Origin: Candidatus Deferrimicrobiaceae bacterium
Lineage (GTDB): Bacteria > Desulfobacterota > Deferrimicrobia > Deferrimicrobiales > Deferrimicrobiaceae
Direction of reading: 5' to 3'
NCBI GenBank assembly: GCA_963792415.1
Contig: CAWBVY010000004.1
Coordinates: 96,001-160,000 of the forward strand
DNA: 64,000 nucleotides
Shown: piece after piece, positions 42,731 through 53,509 of the stretch
Numbering within the stretch: position 1 is the stretch's first letter
Layout: every line of letters begins with the position of its first letter
Translations under genes and position numbers: made by a program
The notes under the pieces: generated by a model
Database searches by the model: none
What the model saw: the letters and a program-made list of their open reading frames with translations, nothing else
Told to the model about the DNA's origin: nothing

Positions 42731-43978
42731 ATGAAACAGCGGAACCACGGAGCGCTCGCCGCCGCGCTCGTTCTGTTCTGCCTGCTCGCCGTCGCCGTCT
42801 ACAGCTGCGCCGTCAACCCGGTCACCGGACGGTCCGAGCTCGCCATCGTCTCTTTCTCGGAGGAGGAAGAGGCGGCGCTGGGCGCGAAGGCGTTCACTCC
42901 CGCCGTCCAGCAGCAGGGCGGATTCTTCCGGGACCGGGAGCTGGAGGAGTACGTGCAGGGCGTGGGGATGCGACTGGCCCGGGTCTCCCACCGCCCGAAC
43001 CTCAACTACCGGTACCGCGTGCTCAACTCCTCCGTTCCCAACGCCTTCGCCCTCCCCGGCGGCTACATCGTCATCAACCGGGGGCTCCTCGTGGGGCTGG
43101 AAAACGAGGCCGAGATGGCGGCGGTCCTGGGCCATGAGACGGCTCACGTAACGGCGAAGCATTCGCTGGCGGGCTACCAGCGGGCGATTGCGTCAAACGT
43201 GCTCGTCGCCGGCGTCGTCCTCGCCACGGGCGGGACCACGGGGGTTCAGGAGATCTCCGGGATCACCGCGTCCCTGATCGAAAACGGATTCTCCCGGGAC
43301 CAGGAGCGCGAGGCGGACTGGCTCGGAATCGACTACATGGTCAAGGCCGGGTACAGCCCGGAAGGGGCCGTACAGCTGCAGGAATACTTCTACCGGCAGC
43401 TGGAGGGAGGGAAGAATCCGATGTGGGCCGAGGGCCTCTTCCGGACCCACCCGTTCTCGAAGGAGCGGCTCGACAACGCCCGCGCGCGGATCGCGGAACG
43501 GTACCCCGACACCGTGAAGAACCCGAACTACACCCTCAACGGGACGGTCTTCCTCCAGAAGACGGCCCGCCTGCGGGAAGCGCAGAAGGCGTACGACGTC
43601 TCCGACCAGGGGGACAAGCTGCTCAAGGCGAAGCGGTACGACGAGGCGCTGGCGAAGTACCTGGAGGCGGCGCGGATGGAGCCGGGCCAGGCGCCGTTCC
43701 ACTCCTCGGCGGGGAGTGTCTACATGATCCGGAAGAACGACACCGCCGCGGAAGGGGAGCTGCGGAAGGCGATTGAACTCGACGGGGATCTTTTCGAGCC
43801 GCGCTACCTGATGGGAGCCCTGCGCTACGGAAAGCGGGAGTACCGGGCCGCGATCCCGGAACTCGAACGGAGCATGGAGCTGTACCCGACGAAGCAGGCG
43901 GCGGCGATGCTGTCGAAGTCGTACGGGGCCGTGGGAGACGCGGTCAACGAGAAAAAGTACGCCGACATGGCCCGGTAG
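42731..43978 (+). CDS. M48 family metalloprotease lipoprotein with TPR (BepA-like)
   Basis: CAVNPVTG, NAFALPGG, HETAH, FSRDQE.EAD, THP. Confidence 0.9.
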   Translation: MKQRNHGALAAALVLFCLLAVAVYSCAVNPVTGRSELAIVSFSEEEEAALGAKAFTPAVQQQGGFFRDRELEEYVQGVGMRLARVSHRPNLNYRYRVLNSSVPNAFALPGGYIVINRGLLVGLENEAEMAAVLGHETAHVTAKHSLAGYQRAIASNVLVAGVVLATGGTTGVQEISGITASLIENGFSRDQEREADWLGIDYMVKAGYSPEGAVQLQEYFYRQLEGGKNPMWAEGLFRTHPFSKERLDNARARIAERYPDTVKNPNYTLNGTVFLQKTARLREAQKAYDVSDQGDKLLKAKRYDEALAKYLEAARMEPGQAPFHSSAGSVYMIRKNDTAAEGELRKAIELDGDLFEPRYLMGALRYGKREYRAAIPELERSMELYPTKQAAAMLSKSYGAVGDAVNEKKYADMAR

Positions 43979-44031
43979 GGGGACCCGGTCGGATATAATG
44001 ATCCGTTTACCCCCCGTCGAAAGGACATCCT

Positions 44032-45138
44032 TTGGCCAGGGAAGAGTTCCTCCCGAAGTGGATCGCATGGGAAGTGACCGGCCGGTGCAATCTGAACTGC
44101 ATCCATTGCCGCGCCTCTTCCTCGATGACGTCCCACGACTCGGATTTTTCGCTCGCAGAGGCGAAACAGTTGATCGACGACATCGCGGAGATCTCCAAGC
44201 CGGTCCTGGTTCTCTCCGGCGGGGAGCCGCTTCTGCGGAAGGACCTCTTCGAGATCGCGAAGTACGGGACGGAGAAGGGGTTCCGGATGTGCATCGCCAC
44301 GAACGGCGTGCTCGTCACGGACGAGGTCGTGGGAAGGATGAAGGCGTCGGGGATCCGGATCTGCTCCCTGTCGCTGGACGGCTCCACCGCGGCGGTCCAC
44401 GACGACTTCCGCAAGCAGCCGGGGGCGTTCGAGGCGACGCTGCGGGCGGCGGAGATCTTCAACCGGAACGGGATGCAGTTCATCGTCAACTCCTCCTTCA
44501 CCAAGAGGAACCAGAACGACATCGCGGCCACCTGCAAGCTGGCGAAGTCGATCGGCGCCCACGCGTGGTACATGTTCATGATCGTCCCCACGGGCCGGGG
44601 GGAGGCGATCATGAGCGAGCTGATCAGCAAGGAGGATTACGAGGAGATCCTGGAGTGGCACTACCAGATGGAGAAGCAGGAGACGGAGATGCTCGTGCGG
44701 CCCACCTGCGCGCCGCACTACTACCGTGTGCGTCTGCAGAAGATGAAGGAGGAAGGGGAGAAATTCCAGCCCCGGTCCCTCACGTTCTCCACCGGCGGCG
44801 GCAAGGGGTGCATCTGCGCACAGTCGATCTGCTTCATCGACTCGAAGGGGAACGTCCAGCCGTGCTCGTATTTCCCCGTGGTGGCCGGGAACGTGAAGCA
44901 GCGGAAGTTCGGGGAGATCTGGCACAAATCGGAGCTGTTCGAGTCGCTGCGCGCCTTCGAGAAGTACAAGGGGCGGTGCGGCGAGTGCGAATACATCAAC
45001 GTCTGCGGTGGCTGCCGGGCGCGGGCCGACGCGGTCCTCGAGGACTATCTCGAGGAGGAGCCGTTCTGCAACTACGTCCCGATCAAGACCCGCAAGCGCC
45101 TGGCCGAGGCGGTCCAGGCGGGAAAACCGACGAAATAA
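44032..45138 (+). CDS. ahbD: radical SAM/SPASM protein, AhbD-like coproheme decarboxylase
   Basis: [49 protein letters not shown]; first gene of hem cluster. Confidence 0.78.
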   Translation: MAREEFLPKWIAWEVTGRCNLNCIHCRASSSMTSHDSDFSLAEAKQLIDDIAEISKPVLVLSGGEPLLRKDLFEIAKYGTEKGFRMCIATNGVLVTDEVVGRMKASGIRICSLSLDGSTAAVHDDFRKQPGAFEATLRAAEIFNRNGMQFIVNSSFTKRNQNDIAATCKLAKSIGAHAWYMFMIVPTGRGEAIMSELISKEDYEEILEWHYQMEKQETEMLVRPTCAPHYYRVRLQKMKEEGEKFQPRSLTFSTGGGKGCICAQSICFIDSKGNVQPCSYFPVVAGNVKQRKFGEIWHKSELFESLRAFEKYKGRCGECEYINVCGGCRARADAVLEDYLEEEPFCNYVPIKTRKRLAEAVQAGKPTK

Positions 45139-45155
45139 CCGAATCCGAGGTCGAG

Positions 45156-46190
45156 ATGACGGAGTACCGATTCCTGAAGGCGTGCCGGCGCGAGCCGGTC
45201 GACGTCACCCCCGTGTGGATCATGCGGCAGGCGGGCCGCTACCTCCCCGAGTACCAGAAGATCCGCGGGAACAATTCCTTCCTGACGATGTGCAAGACCC
45301 CGGAGCTGGCCGCCCAGGTCACGCTCCAGCCGGTCGCGCGGCTGGGCGTCGACGCGGCGATCCTCTTCTCCGACATCCTCATCCCCGTCGAGGCGATGGG
45401 GGTGCCGCTCGAGTTCCACGACGGGAAGGGGCCACAGCTCGGAAAGGCGATCCGGGGACAGAAGGACGTGGATTCCCTCTCCGTGCCCGACCCCGCGGAG
45501 AAGGTTCCCTTCGTGATGGAGGCGATCCGCATCCTGCGAAAGGAGCTCGACGGGAAGGTGCCGCTGATCGGCTTCTCGGGCGCTCCGTTCACGCTCGCCT
45601 CCTATATCGTCGAGGGGGGGACCTCGAAGAACTTCATCCAGCTGAAGAAGCTGATGTACCAGGCGCCGGAGGTGTACCGGTCCCTCATGAGCAAGATCGC
45701 GAAGACGGTGATCCTGTACCTCAACGCCCAGATCGCCGCCGGCGCGCAGGCGGTTCAGATCTTCGACACGTGGGCGGGGGTGCTCACCCCGGGGGACTAC
45801 GAGGAGTACGCCCTCCCCTACACCCGCCAGGTCGTCGCCGGCTTGAACCGGAGGGGGGTCCCCGTGATCCACTTCGCGAACGACTGCGCCACGCTGCTCA
45901 CCGCCATCCGGACGCTCGCCGTGGACGTCGTGGCCGTGGACTGGCGGATCCCGCTCGACGTGGCGGCGATGGTCGTCGGTCCGGACAAGGCGCTGCAGGG
46001 GAACATGGACCCGACGATGCTCTTCCTCCCGCCGGAGAAGATCGACGATTGCGTGCGGGACATCCTGCGGCGCGGCGAGAAGGCGTCCTCCCACATCTTC
46101 AATCTCGGGCACGGGATCCTTCCTCCCACCAATCCGGAACACGCGGTCGCGATGGTGGAGGCGGTGCACCGCCTCGGAAGGAAGGTTTGA
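45156..46190 (+). CDS. hemE: uroporphyrinogen decarboxylase
   Basis: PVWIMRQAGRYLPEY, AILFSDIL, FNLGHG. Confidence 0.96.
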   Translation: MTEYRFLKACRREPVDVTPVWIMRQAGRYLPEYQKIRGNNSFLTMCKTPELAAQVTLQPVARLGVDAAILFSDILIPVEAMGVPLEFHDGKGPQLGKAIRGQKDVDSLSVPDPAEKVPFVMEAIRILRKELDGKVPLIGFSGAPFTLASYIVEGGTSKNFIQLKKLMYQAPEVYRSLMSKIAKTVILYLNAQIAAGAQAVQIFDTWAGVLTPGDYEEYALPYTRQVVAGLNRRGVPVIHFANDCATLLTAIRTLAVDVVAVDWRIPLDVAAMVVGPDKALQGNMDPTMLFLPPEKIDDCVRDILRRGEKASSHIFNLGHGILPPTNPEHAVAMVEAVHRLGRKV

Positions 46191-47185
46191 GCGGCGCGTC
46201 CGGGATAGACCCGCGTGTGTCCGCCGAGGGACCTCTCACAGGCGTCGTCCTGCTCAACATGGGAGGTCCCGACTCGCTGAACGCCGTCCGGCCCTTCCTC
46301 GCGCGGCTCTTCTCCGACAAGGAACTGATCCGGCTGCCAGCGGCGGCGATCACGCAGCCGCTCTTCGCCTGGATCGTGTCGGGTCTTCGTGCCCGGAAGG
46401 TACGCCGGTATTACGAGGAGATCGGCGGAGGGTCGCCCATCGCCACGATCACCGAACTCCAGCGGTTCGCCCTCGAGGGTGCGCTGCGCGCGACGGGGGG
46501 ACGCTTCAAGGTGTACACGGGGATGCGGTACTGGCACCCCCTCGCGAAGCACGCGGCCCTCGAAATGAAGGAGGACGCCGTCGCCCGGGCGATCGCCCTC
46601 CCCCTCTACCCGCACTTCTGCTCCGCCACCACGGGATCGAGTTTTTCCGACCTGCGCCGCTGGATGAAGTGGGCGGGGTGCTCCTGTCCGTTGACGGAGA
46701 TCCGCTCCTATCCGGATCACCCGAAGTACGTGGCCGCGCTCGCGGAGACGATTTCCGCCGTGATCCGGGGTGCCGACCGCGGCGGCATGTATCTTCTTTT
46801 CAGCGCCCACGGGGTTCCGCAGGCGCTGATCGACGGGGGGGATCCGTACCGGGAGGAGACGGCGCGCACCGTCGCGGCGGTGATGCGAGCCTTCCCCGGC
46901 CTGCCGCACGGAATCTCGTACCAGAGCAAGGTGGGTCCGACGGCGTGGCTCCCCCCCGACACGGTCGACGAGGTGACGCGACTCGCGCAGGAGGGGGTGA
47001 GGACGCTGGTCGTCGTCCCGGTGAGCTTCGTGTCGGAGCACATCGAAACGCTTCACGAGCTGGACGTGCGCCTGGCCGCCCACGCACGGCAATCCGGTAT
47101 ACAATCGTTCCTGCGGGCCCCCGCGCTGAACGACGCGCCGCTGTTCATCTCCGCGTTGAAAGACCTCGCACTGGGAGCAGTCTGA
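46187..47185 (+). CDS. hemH: ferrochelatase
   Basis: LLNMGGP, MRYWHP, FSAHG, FVSEHIETL.ELD. Confidence 0.94.
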   Translation: MSGASGIDPRVSAEGPLTGVVLLNMGGPDSLNAVRPFLARLFSDKELIRLPAAAITQPLFAWIVSGLRARKVRRYYEEIGGGSPIATITELQRFALEGALRATGGRFKVYTGMRYWHPLAKHAALEMKEDAVARAIALPLYPHFCSATTGSSFSDLRRWMKWAGCSCPLTEIRSYPDHPKYVAALAETISAVIRGADRGGMYLLFSAHGVPQALIDGGDPYREETARTVAAVMRAFPGLPHGISYQSKVGPTAWLPPDTVDEVTRLAQEGVRTLVVVPVSFVSEHIETLHELDVRLAAHARQSGIQSFLRAPALNDAPLFISALKDLALGAV

Positions 47186-48582
47186 TGCCTCGGATAGTGA
47201 TCATCGGAGCCGGCCTTTCCGGAATGGCAACGGCCCATTATCTCGTGAAGTCCCTTTCCGACGCGGGGAAGGAGGCCGAGATCCTTCTCCTGGAGGCCGA
47301 TTCGGTCCCGGGCGGGAAGATGCGCACGATCCGCCAGGACGGCTTCTCCATGGAGTGGGGGCCGAACGGCTTCCTCACGAACAAGCCGCACGGCATGGAG
47401 CTCGTGAAGGAACTCCGCATCGGAGGCCGCCTGGCCCGCTCCTCGGACCTCGCCCGCAAGCGGTTCATCCTCTCCGGCGGGAAGCTGCACCGCCTTCCCG
47501 AGACGCCGCCGGCGTTCTTCAAGTCGCGGCTGCTCTCCTTTCCCGGCCGTCTGCGGATCCTGTGGGAACCGTTCGCTTCGGGCCCGCCCACGGACGTCGA
47601 CGAGTCGCTCGGGGAGTTCGCGAGGCGGCGGCTCGGCCCCGAGGCCCTGGAGAAGCTGATCGACCCGATGGTCACCGGCATCTTCGCCGGCGACCCGGAC
47701 AAGATGTCGCTGCGCTCCTGCTTCCCCATGATTCACGACCTGGAGAGGAAGTACGGGGGGCTCGTGCGCGGGATGCTCGGCGTGCGGAAGGAGCGGGCAA
47801 AAGAGGGCGTGAAGGGAGAGATGTCCGCGGGCCCGGGCGGCGTGCTGATGTCGTTCGACCACGGGGTGCAGGCGCTGACCGACACCCTCGCCGGGGGGCT
47901 CTCGGAAGGGTTGCACCTGAACGTGGCCGTGGACCGGATCGAGCGGCGCGGAGAGGCGTACGTCCTTTCGATGTCCGCGGACGGGAGGCGGGAGGAGATG
48001 GCGGCGAACGTGGTGGTGATCGCCGCGCCGGCGTACGTGGCGGCCGGGATGGTCTCCCCGCTCGACGAGGGACTGTCGGAGCTCCTCGCCGGGATCCCCT
48101 ATTCGCCGATCACCGTGGCGGCGCTCGGATACCGGAAGGCCACGATGGGCAATCCCCTCGACGGGTTCGGCTTCCTCATCCCGCGGGGAGAGAAACGGAA
48201 GATCCTGGGAGCGCTGTGGGACTCGAGCGTCTTCCCGAACCGGGCGCCGGAGGGGAACGCGCTGCTGCGCGTGATGGTGGGGGGGGTGCGTGCGCCTGCG
48301 CTCGCGGCGCTGCCCGAGGCGGAACTGCTCGCAATCGCCCGGAAGGAGTTGCAGGAGATCCTGGGGATCTCCGCCGAGCCGGTCCTCGCAAAGACGTTCT
48401 TCCACGACCGGGGGATCCCGCAATATCTCGTCGGCCACGGGAAGCGGCTGGAGCTTCTCTTCGGGCGGCTGGCGGGACTTCCGGGCCTGCACCTCAACAG
48501 CAACGCGTACCGGGGAATCGCCCTCAACGACTGCGTCCGGGAGTCGCGCGCGACCGCCGAGCGGATCGCGAAGTCCCTATAG
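47185..48582 (+). CDS. hemY: HemY-type (co)protoporphyrinogen oxidase
   Basis: GAGLSG, EWGPNGF, GFGFL.P, IPQY.VGH. Confidence 0.9.
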   Translation: MPRIVIIGAGLSGMATAHYLVKSLSDAGKEAEILLLEADSVPGGKMRTIRQDGFSMEWGPNGFLTNKPHGMELVKELRIGGRLARSSDLARKRFILSGGKLHRLPETPPAFFKSRLLSFPGRLRILWEPFASGPPTDVDESLGEFARRRLGPEALEKLIDPMVTGIFAGDPDKMSLRSCFPMIHDLERKYGGLVRGMLGVRKERAKEGVKGEMSAGPGGVLMSFDHGVQALTDTLAGGLSEGLHLNVAVDRIERRGEAYVLSMSADGRREEMAANVVVIAAPAYVAAGMVSPLDEGLSELLAGIPYSPITVAALGYRKATMGNPLDGFGFLIPRGEKRKILGALWDSSVFPNRAPEGNALLRVMVGGVRAPALAALPEAELLAIARKELQEILGISAEPVLAKTFFHDRGIPQYLVGHGKRLELLFGRLAGLPGLHLNSNAYRGIALNDCVRESRATAERIAKSL

Positions 48583-48656
48583 CCATCCTTCGCGCCTCGC
48601 GCTACGGAGGGCTCACGCCTTCCGCCGTATATTAAGTCCCATTTCGACCGGAGCCG

Positions 48657-49514
48657 TTACCTTTTCTGTGTGTCTCCCACCCCGATAAACGGCACGGCCC
48701 CGGCACCGGTAACCTGCGGGAGGATCCCGTTCCATTTCTCTATCGCCTTGAGATTGGCCTCAATCTTTCTAAGCTCAATAAGGTCCGATGAAATATTCGC
48801 TTTCTGCAGCCTCAAGGATTCAGCCTCTGCCCTGGCCGCGGTGATCGTCTGCTCCGCCTCTATCTTTATCCTGTCGAGGTCTCTCTTTGCCTTCAGTGCG
48901 AGCTGTTCCGCCGTCTGCTTCGACTCAATGGCTTCCATGAATATCTTTGAGAAGCTGAAACCCACGATGGAGAATGCATCAACGGCGATGTTGTGCTCCA
49001 ATAGCCTTTCAGTAAGAGCCAGTTTCATCGCATCGCTCACCGCCGGCCTTTTTGTAATAAGCTCTTCCGCCGTATACTTGGCGGTCACTGCCTTTACCAC
49101 CTCCTGCACCGCGGGGTCTATGATTCGCTCTTTAAATTGTATGCCGATGGACTGATAGACGATATTCGCCTTCTCCGGAATTATATGATAGTTGATCGCA
49201 ACCGTAGAGCTGACATCCTGAAGGTCGGACGAGGCGGCCGCAGCATCTACCTGTGCCTTCTGCACCTTGACGTCCACAGGGATAACTTTCTGCATTATCG
49301 GTATCCTGATATGCAACCCTTCATCGAGCACGTCCTTCTGGACAGCGCCAAAATTAAGGACGATCCCTCTCTCACCTGCCCCGATCTGAACCCAGGGATT
49401 CAATAATAGAAACGCTATTACGATTGCCACAATAACCAGCAGCGACCTCTTCGGGCCTCTCGTCATTGCAGCCTTCATCGCATCCCTGGCACTGCTGAGA
49501 TCTCTTGGGTCCAT
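48657..49514 (-). CDS. prohibitin/SPFH (band 7) family protein
   Basis: TM, GERGIV..FG, SSDLQ.V, AIE.KQ.AEQ, IEKWNG.LP; visibly lower GC. Confidence 0.9.
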   Translation of the reverse strand: MDPRDLSSARDAMKAAMTRGPKRSLLVIVAIVIAFLLLNPWVQIGAGERGIVLNFGAVQKDVLDEGLHIRIPIMQKVIPVDVKVQKAQVDAAAASSDLQDVSSTVAINYHIIPEKANIVYQSIGIQFKERIIDPAVQEVVKAVTAKYTAEELITKRPAVSDAMKLALTERLLEHNIAVDAFSIVGFSFSKIFMEAIESKQTAEQLALKAKRDLDRIKIEAEQTITAARAEAESLRLQKANISSDLIELRKIEANLKAIEKWNGILPQVTGAGAVPFIGVGDTQKR

Positions 49515-49796
49515 TATTTTCACTCCCTTCTTGTCTTTTTTTCACTGCTCGGACAGGCATCACCGGCACAACGTGAATGATGGAGTGCATCCCCGCCAGC
49601 GCGGAAGGCTATAGAAAGAAAGTGGGTATTGGTGCTGAAGTCGGACGCGCCTTCGTTGTGCTGTGTGAACGGTGACCAACGAGGCGATGCTACCATAACC
49701 GGCCCGTGCTGTCCAACGGGTCCTCTGCTATCCTGTTGGGGCCGGAACGGCGCCGTCGCATTCCAGGGGCGCAACGGTTTCCGGCAGGGGGGTACC

Positions 49797-51053
49797 GTGG
49801 GGCACATCCGCAACGGGAACGGGGTGTACGTACGGCTGCAGAAGCGGCTGGACCGGTTCCCCATCGGCGCGCCGCCGGCCGCGGCGCTCTACGAGATCCT
49901 GAAACGCCTCTACACCGAGGAGGAGGCGGAGGTCGCCTCCCGGATGCCGATCCGGTTCACGGACCTGGCCGGCATCGCCCGGCGCACGGGGAAATCGCCT
50001 GAAGCCTTGCGCCCGATCCTCCACCGGATGGCGGACAAGGGGCTGGTGATGGACTTCGAGCACCGGGGGAAGTTCTCCTACATCCTCTCCCCCACCGTCA
50101 TCGGCTTCTTCGAGTTCGCCTTCATGCGGGTTCGAAGCGATTTGCCGCAGAAGGAGATCGCGGAGCACATGGTGAGGTACGCCCACGACGAGCCCGACTT
50201 CGCACGCGCCGTCTTCGCGGGAAAAACGCAGGTGGGGCGGACGCTCATCCACGAAGACGCGGTCGACCCGGCGGACCTGACGCAGATCCTCGACCACGAA
50301 CGGGCGACCCACATCGTGAGGGAGGCGAAAGCCTGGGCGGTATCCCTCTGCTACTGCCGCCACATCCAGGAGCACGAGGGGAAGGCGTGCGCGAAGCCGA
50401 TGGAGGTGTGCACCACGTTGAACTCCGCGGCGGACTACGTGGTCCGGCACGGGCTGGGGCGCAGGATATCGAAGGAGGAGGCGCTGGACGTCTTCGCCCG
50501 GACCCGGGCGGAGGGGCTCGTCCACATCGGGGACAACGTGAAGCGCCGTCCGGCGTACGTCTGCCACTGCTGCGGATGCTGCTGCGCCATGCTCTCCGCG
50601 ATCAACCGCTTCAAGATGTTCGACGCGGTCGTCACCTCGCCCTTCGAGGCGACGGTGGATCCGGAAAAATGCAACGGGTGCGGGCTGTGTGCGAAGAAGT
50701 GCCCCGTGTCGGCCATCCGGATCGAGGGAGAGGGAAAAGAGAAGAAGGCGGCCCTGTCCCCCGAGGTGTGCCTTGGCTGCGGGGTCTGCAAGCCGGCATG
50801 CGCGCGGGGTTCGCTCTCGATGGCGGCTCGGAAGGAACGGGTGATGGTACCGGAGACCGCCTGGCAGCGCGCGGTGGTGATGGCGATCGAGCGGGGGAAG
50901 TTCCAGAACCTCCTGTTCGACGACTTCGACCGGCTCGACCACGCCGCCCTGCGCGCGGTGACGCGGATCGTCGTCGGCCTCCCCCCGGTACAGAAAGCGC
51001 TGCTGTCGCAGCAGGTGCAGTCGCGCTTCTTCCGGGCGATCGCGGGGCGATGA
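49797..51053 (+). CDS. 4Fe-4S binding protein (HTH-like N-terminus + ferredoxin dicluster)
   Basis: CYCRH, CHCCGCCC, CNGCGLC..CP, CLGCGVC..C. Confidence 0.85.
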   Translation: MGHIRNGNGVYVRLQKRLDRFPIGAPPAAALYEILKRLYTEEEAEVASRMPIRFTDLAGIARRTGKSPEALRPILHRMADKGLVMDFEHRGKFSYILSPTVIGFFEFAFMRVRSDLPQKEIAEHMVRYAHDEPDFARAVFAGKTQVGRTLIHEDAVDPADLTQILDHERATHIVREAKAWAVSLCYCRHIQEHEGKACAKPMEVCTTLNSAADYVVRHGLGRRISKEEALDVFARTRAEGLVHIGDNVKRRPAYVCHCCGCCCAMLSAINRFKMFDAVVTSPFEATVDPEKCNGCGLCAKKCPVSAIRIEGEGKEKKAALSPEVCLGCGVCKPACARGSLSMAARKERVMVPETAWQRAVVMAIERGKFQNLLFDDFDRLDHAALRAVTRIVVGLPPVQKALLSQQVQSRFFRAIAGR

Positions 51054-51102
51054 AGAGGCACCGCCGGAGGGCTCGATCTTTCAGGAAGAACCAGGAGGAA
51101 CG

Positions 51103-51807
51103 ATGAAGATGGACGAGTTCGGCGGCGGTGAAACGTGGCGCGTCTTCCGGATCATGAGCGAATTCGTGGACGGGTTCGAGACGCTCAAGGACCTGGGCCC
51201 GGCCGTCACGATCTTCGGCAGCGCCCGGACGAAGAGGGACGAAGGGTCGTACAAGACCACCGTCAAAGTCTCGGAAATGCTCGCGCGGCAAGGGTTCGCC
51301 GTCATCTCCGGGGGCGGCCCGGGAATCATGGAGGCGGCAAACCGGGGAGCGCGGATGGGGAAGGGCGTCTCCGTGGGACTCAACATCCAGCTCCCCGAGG
51401 AACAGAAACCGAACCGGTATCAGAACAAGTCGCTCACCTTCCGGCACTTTTTCGCCCGCAAGGTGATGTTCGTGAAATACGCATCCGGGTACATCATCAT
51501 GCCGGGGGGATTCGGGACGCTGGACGAGTTCTTCGAGTCGCTGACCCTCATCCAGACGGGAAAGATCCGGCGATTCCCCGTCGTGCTGATGGGGCGGAAA
51601 TATTGGGAGGGGCTGATCCGCTGGATGGAGCAGACGCTGATCGAAGAGGGGACGATCTCCCCGGGCGACATGAACCTGTTCTACCTGACGGATCGCCCGG
51701 AAGATGCGGTGGAGCACATCGTCAAGTTCCACCGTGATTCGATCCGGCCCGCCGGGGAGCGGAGGAAGCGGAGCCCGCTGCCGTTCCCGGCGTCGCAAAA
51801 CGAATAG
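51103..51807 (+). CDS. LOG family nucleotide phosphoribohydrolase
   Basis: FGSAR, GGGPGIMEA, PGGFGTLDE. Confidence 0.92.
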   Translation: MKMDEFGGGETWRVFRIMSEFVDGFETLKDLGPAVTIFGSARTKRDEGSYKTTVKVSEMLARQGFAVISGGGPGIMEAANRGARMGKGVSVGLNIQLPEEQKPNRYQNKSLTFRHFFARKVMFVKYASGYIIMPGGFGTLDEFFESLTLIQTGKIRRFPVVLMGRKYWEGLIRWMEQTLIEEGTISPGDMNLFYLTDRPEDAVEHIVKFHRDSIRPAGERRKRSPLPFPASQNE

Positions 51808-51815
51808 CGGGGGGG

Positions 51816-52001
51816 GAACGCGGGATCCCCTGCGAGGAGGGCGACATCGGGCAGCGGCCGGAGGCGGTCGAGATCGTGATGAAACACAACGACGGGATGC
51901 GGAAGGTCCCCAACCTCGACGTCGAGGGTACCATCGTCTCCGGGGACGGTTTCAACGCCGCCCGGTTCGAGAGGGACCTGCGGGCAGCCGTCGCCCTCTG
52001 A
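51816..52001 (+). pseudogene. C-terminal remnant of a glutaredoxin/mycoredoxin-like gene
   Basis: Manual translation ERGIPCEEGDIGQRPEAVEIVMKHNDGMRKVPNLDVEG..; no CxxC N-terminus. Confidence 0.55.
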
Positions 52002-52003
52002 CC

Positions 52004-52794
52004 TCAGAGCAGGAACCGGAGGACTTCCCGGTTGAAGTCGGCGGCGGTCTCCGCGAAGAGGCGGTGGGGGGCGCCGGGCAGCACGACCAGTGTCGCTCCG
52101 GGGATCCTTCCCGCGAGCCGAAGGGAATTCTCCCAATTCACGAGGCGGTCCGCGTCCCCCGTGATGACGAGCGTCCTCGCCCGGATCTTCCCGAGCCGCG
52201 ACGACGCGTCGTGGGTCACCGCGGCGGCGAGTTGCGCCTGGTACCCCTCCGGCGGCGTCGGGTGTTCCAGGCGTCTCCGGACGAACCCCTCGATCTCTTC
52301 GGGCCGCTCGCGGATGCACACGTCGGAATAGAGGAACGGGAGCATCCCCCGCAACTCCGCTTCCGGGTCCTCCCCCTTCGAAAGGGCGAACGCCGCCATC
52401 GCCTCCGGGGACGGCCGGAGCGAGAGTTCCCCCCCGGCCCGGTGCACCCCAGCACCAAGCCGTCCACCCGGTCCGGATGCCGCAGTGAAACCTCCTGCGC
52501 GATCATCCCCCCCAGGGAAACACCGAGAACGTGGGCCCGCGGGATGCCGAGAGCCCCCAGCAGCGCCGCCGCGTCGTCCGCCATCTGCGCCGTCGTGTAC
52601 GGCCCGGGCGGCACGTCGGTCCTCCCGGTTCCCCGGTTGTCGAAGACGAGCATCCGGAAACGCGCTTCGAACGCGGGGATCTGGTGGAGCCACTCGAGGT
52701 GATCGCTCCCCAGCCCGTTGATCAGCAGCAGCGGGAATCCGTCTCCGTGCTCCTCGTAATACATCCGGAACCCGGGGGCGTCGGTGTACGGCAT
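52004..52794 (-). CDS. alpha/beta hydrolase, frameshift at C7 run 52429-52435
   Basis: FDNRGTG, GVSLGG nucleophile elbow in one frame; G..D.LV and H in the next; one base missing. Confidence 0.85.
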
Positions 52795-52959
52795 CGCGTG
52801 TGTCCCTCCCCGCTCGCTATTATAGACCCGACGGGGACAGTGCCAGGGTGGGAACGGCATACGTGCGGACGACGGGGCGGTTTCCCATCTTTCGGAAAAC
52901 ACAAGGGACCGAAGGCCCGCAGGGATGCACCTCGCGGGCCTTCGGCACGTCCGGCGGTA

Positions 52960-53355
52960 CTACGCGGCCTTGTTCATATTCTTGCGGACATGGTCACAGG
53001 CCGCAAGGACCTCCTTGTGGAACTTGTCGTAGTTGATCTGCATTCCGTTGATGTAGGTGCTCCACCCTGCCGTCGACTTCGCGTAGTGCACCGCATCCTC
53101 GATCTCCGCGTCGGTGGCCCCGTTCAGCTTCGCCAGTTCCGTGTGGTACACGGAGCAGTACCGGCACTTGGTGACCGCCGAGATGGCGACACCGATCAGC
53201 TCCCGGTATTTGTTCGGGATCGGCCCCTCCTCGATCTGCACCCGTTTGAACAGTTCCCATTCGAGACGGAGAGACGAATCCGGCACGAGTTTGAAGAAGC
53301 TGGGAACCAGGCCGAACATCCCCTCGATCTCCTTGTAAACCTCTTTCCGGCTCAT
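52960..53355 (-). CDS. carboxymuconolactone decarboxylase/AhpD-like protein
   Basis: ELIGVAIS...CRYC..H...GAT..EI. Confidence 0.85.
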   Translation of the reverse strand: MSRKEVYKEIEGMFGLVPSFFKLVPDSSLRLEWELFKRVQIEEGPIPNKYRELIGVAISAVTKCRYCSVYHTELAKLNGATDAEIEDAVHYAKSTAGWSTYINGMQINYDKFHKEVLAACDHVRKNMNKAA

Positions 53356-53509
53356 ACCGCACCTCCTTGCGTATCCTGGGATTGCTTGGATGGTTGCCGT
53401 CCTTTATTGATAATATTGTCTCGCAATAGCCGCAGTTTTGAACCATCCCCTGGTGTTTTCCGCCGGCCCCGGGGCCAGTGGCAAGGGTGCGGGCCTATAA
53501 TGAAAGCCG

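Noticed and set aside
48617-49609. 9-bp inverted repeat GCCTTCCGC/GCGGAAGGC or attC site around the SPFH gene
   Set aside because: Too short to exceed chance; no transposase or GTTRRRY/RYYYAAC pair
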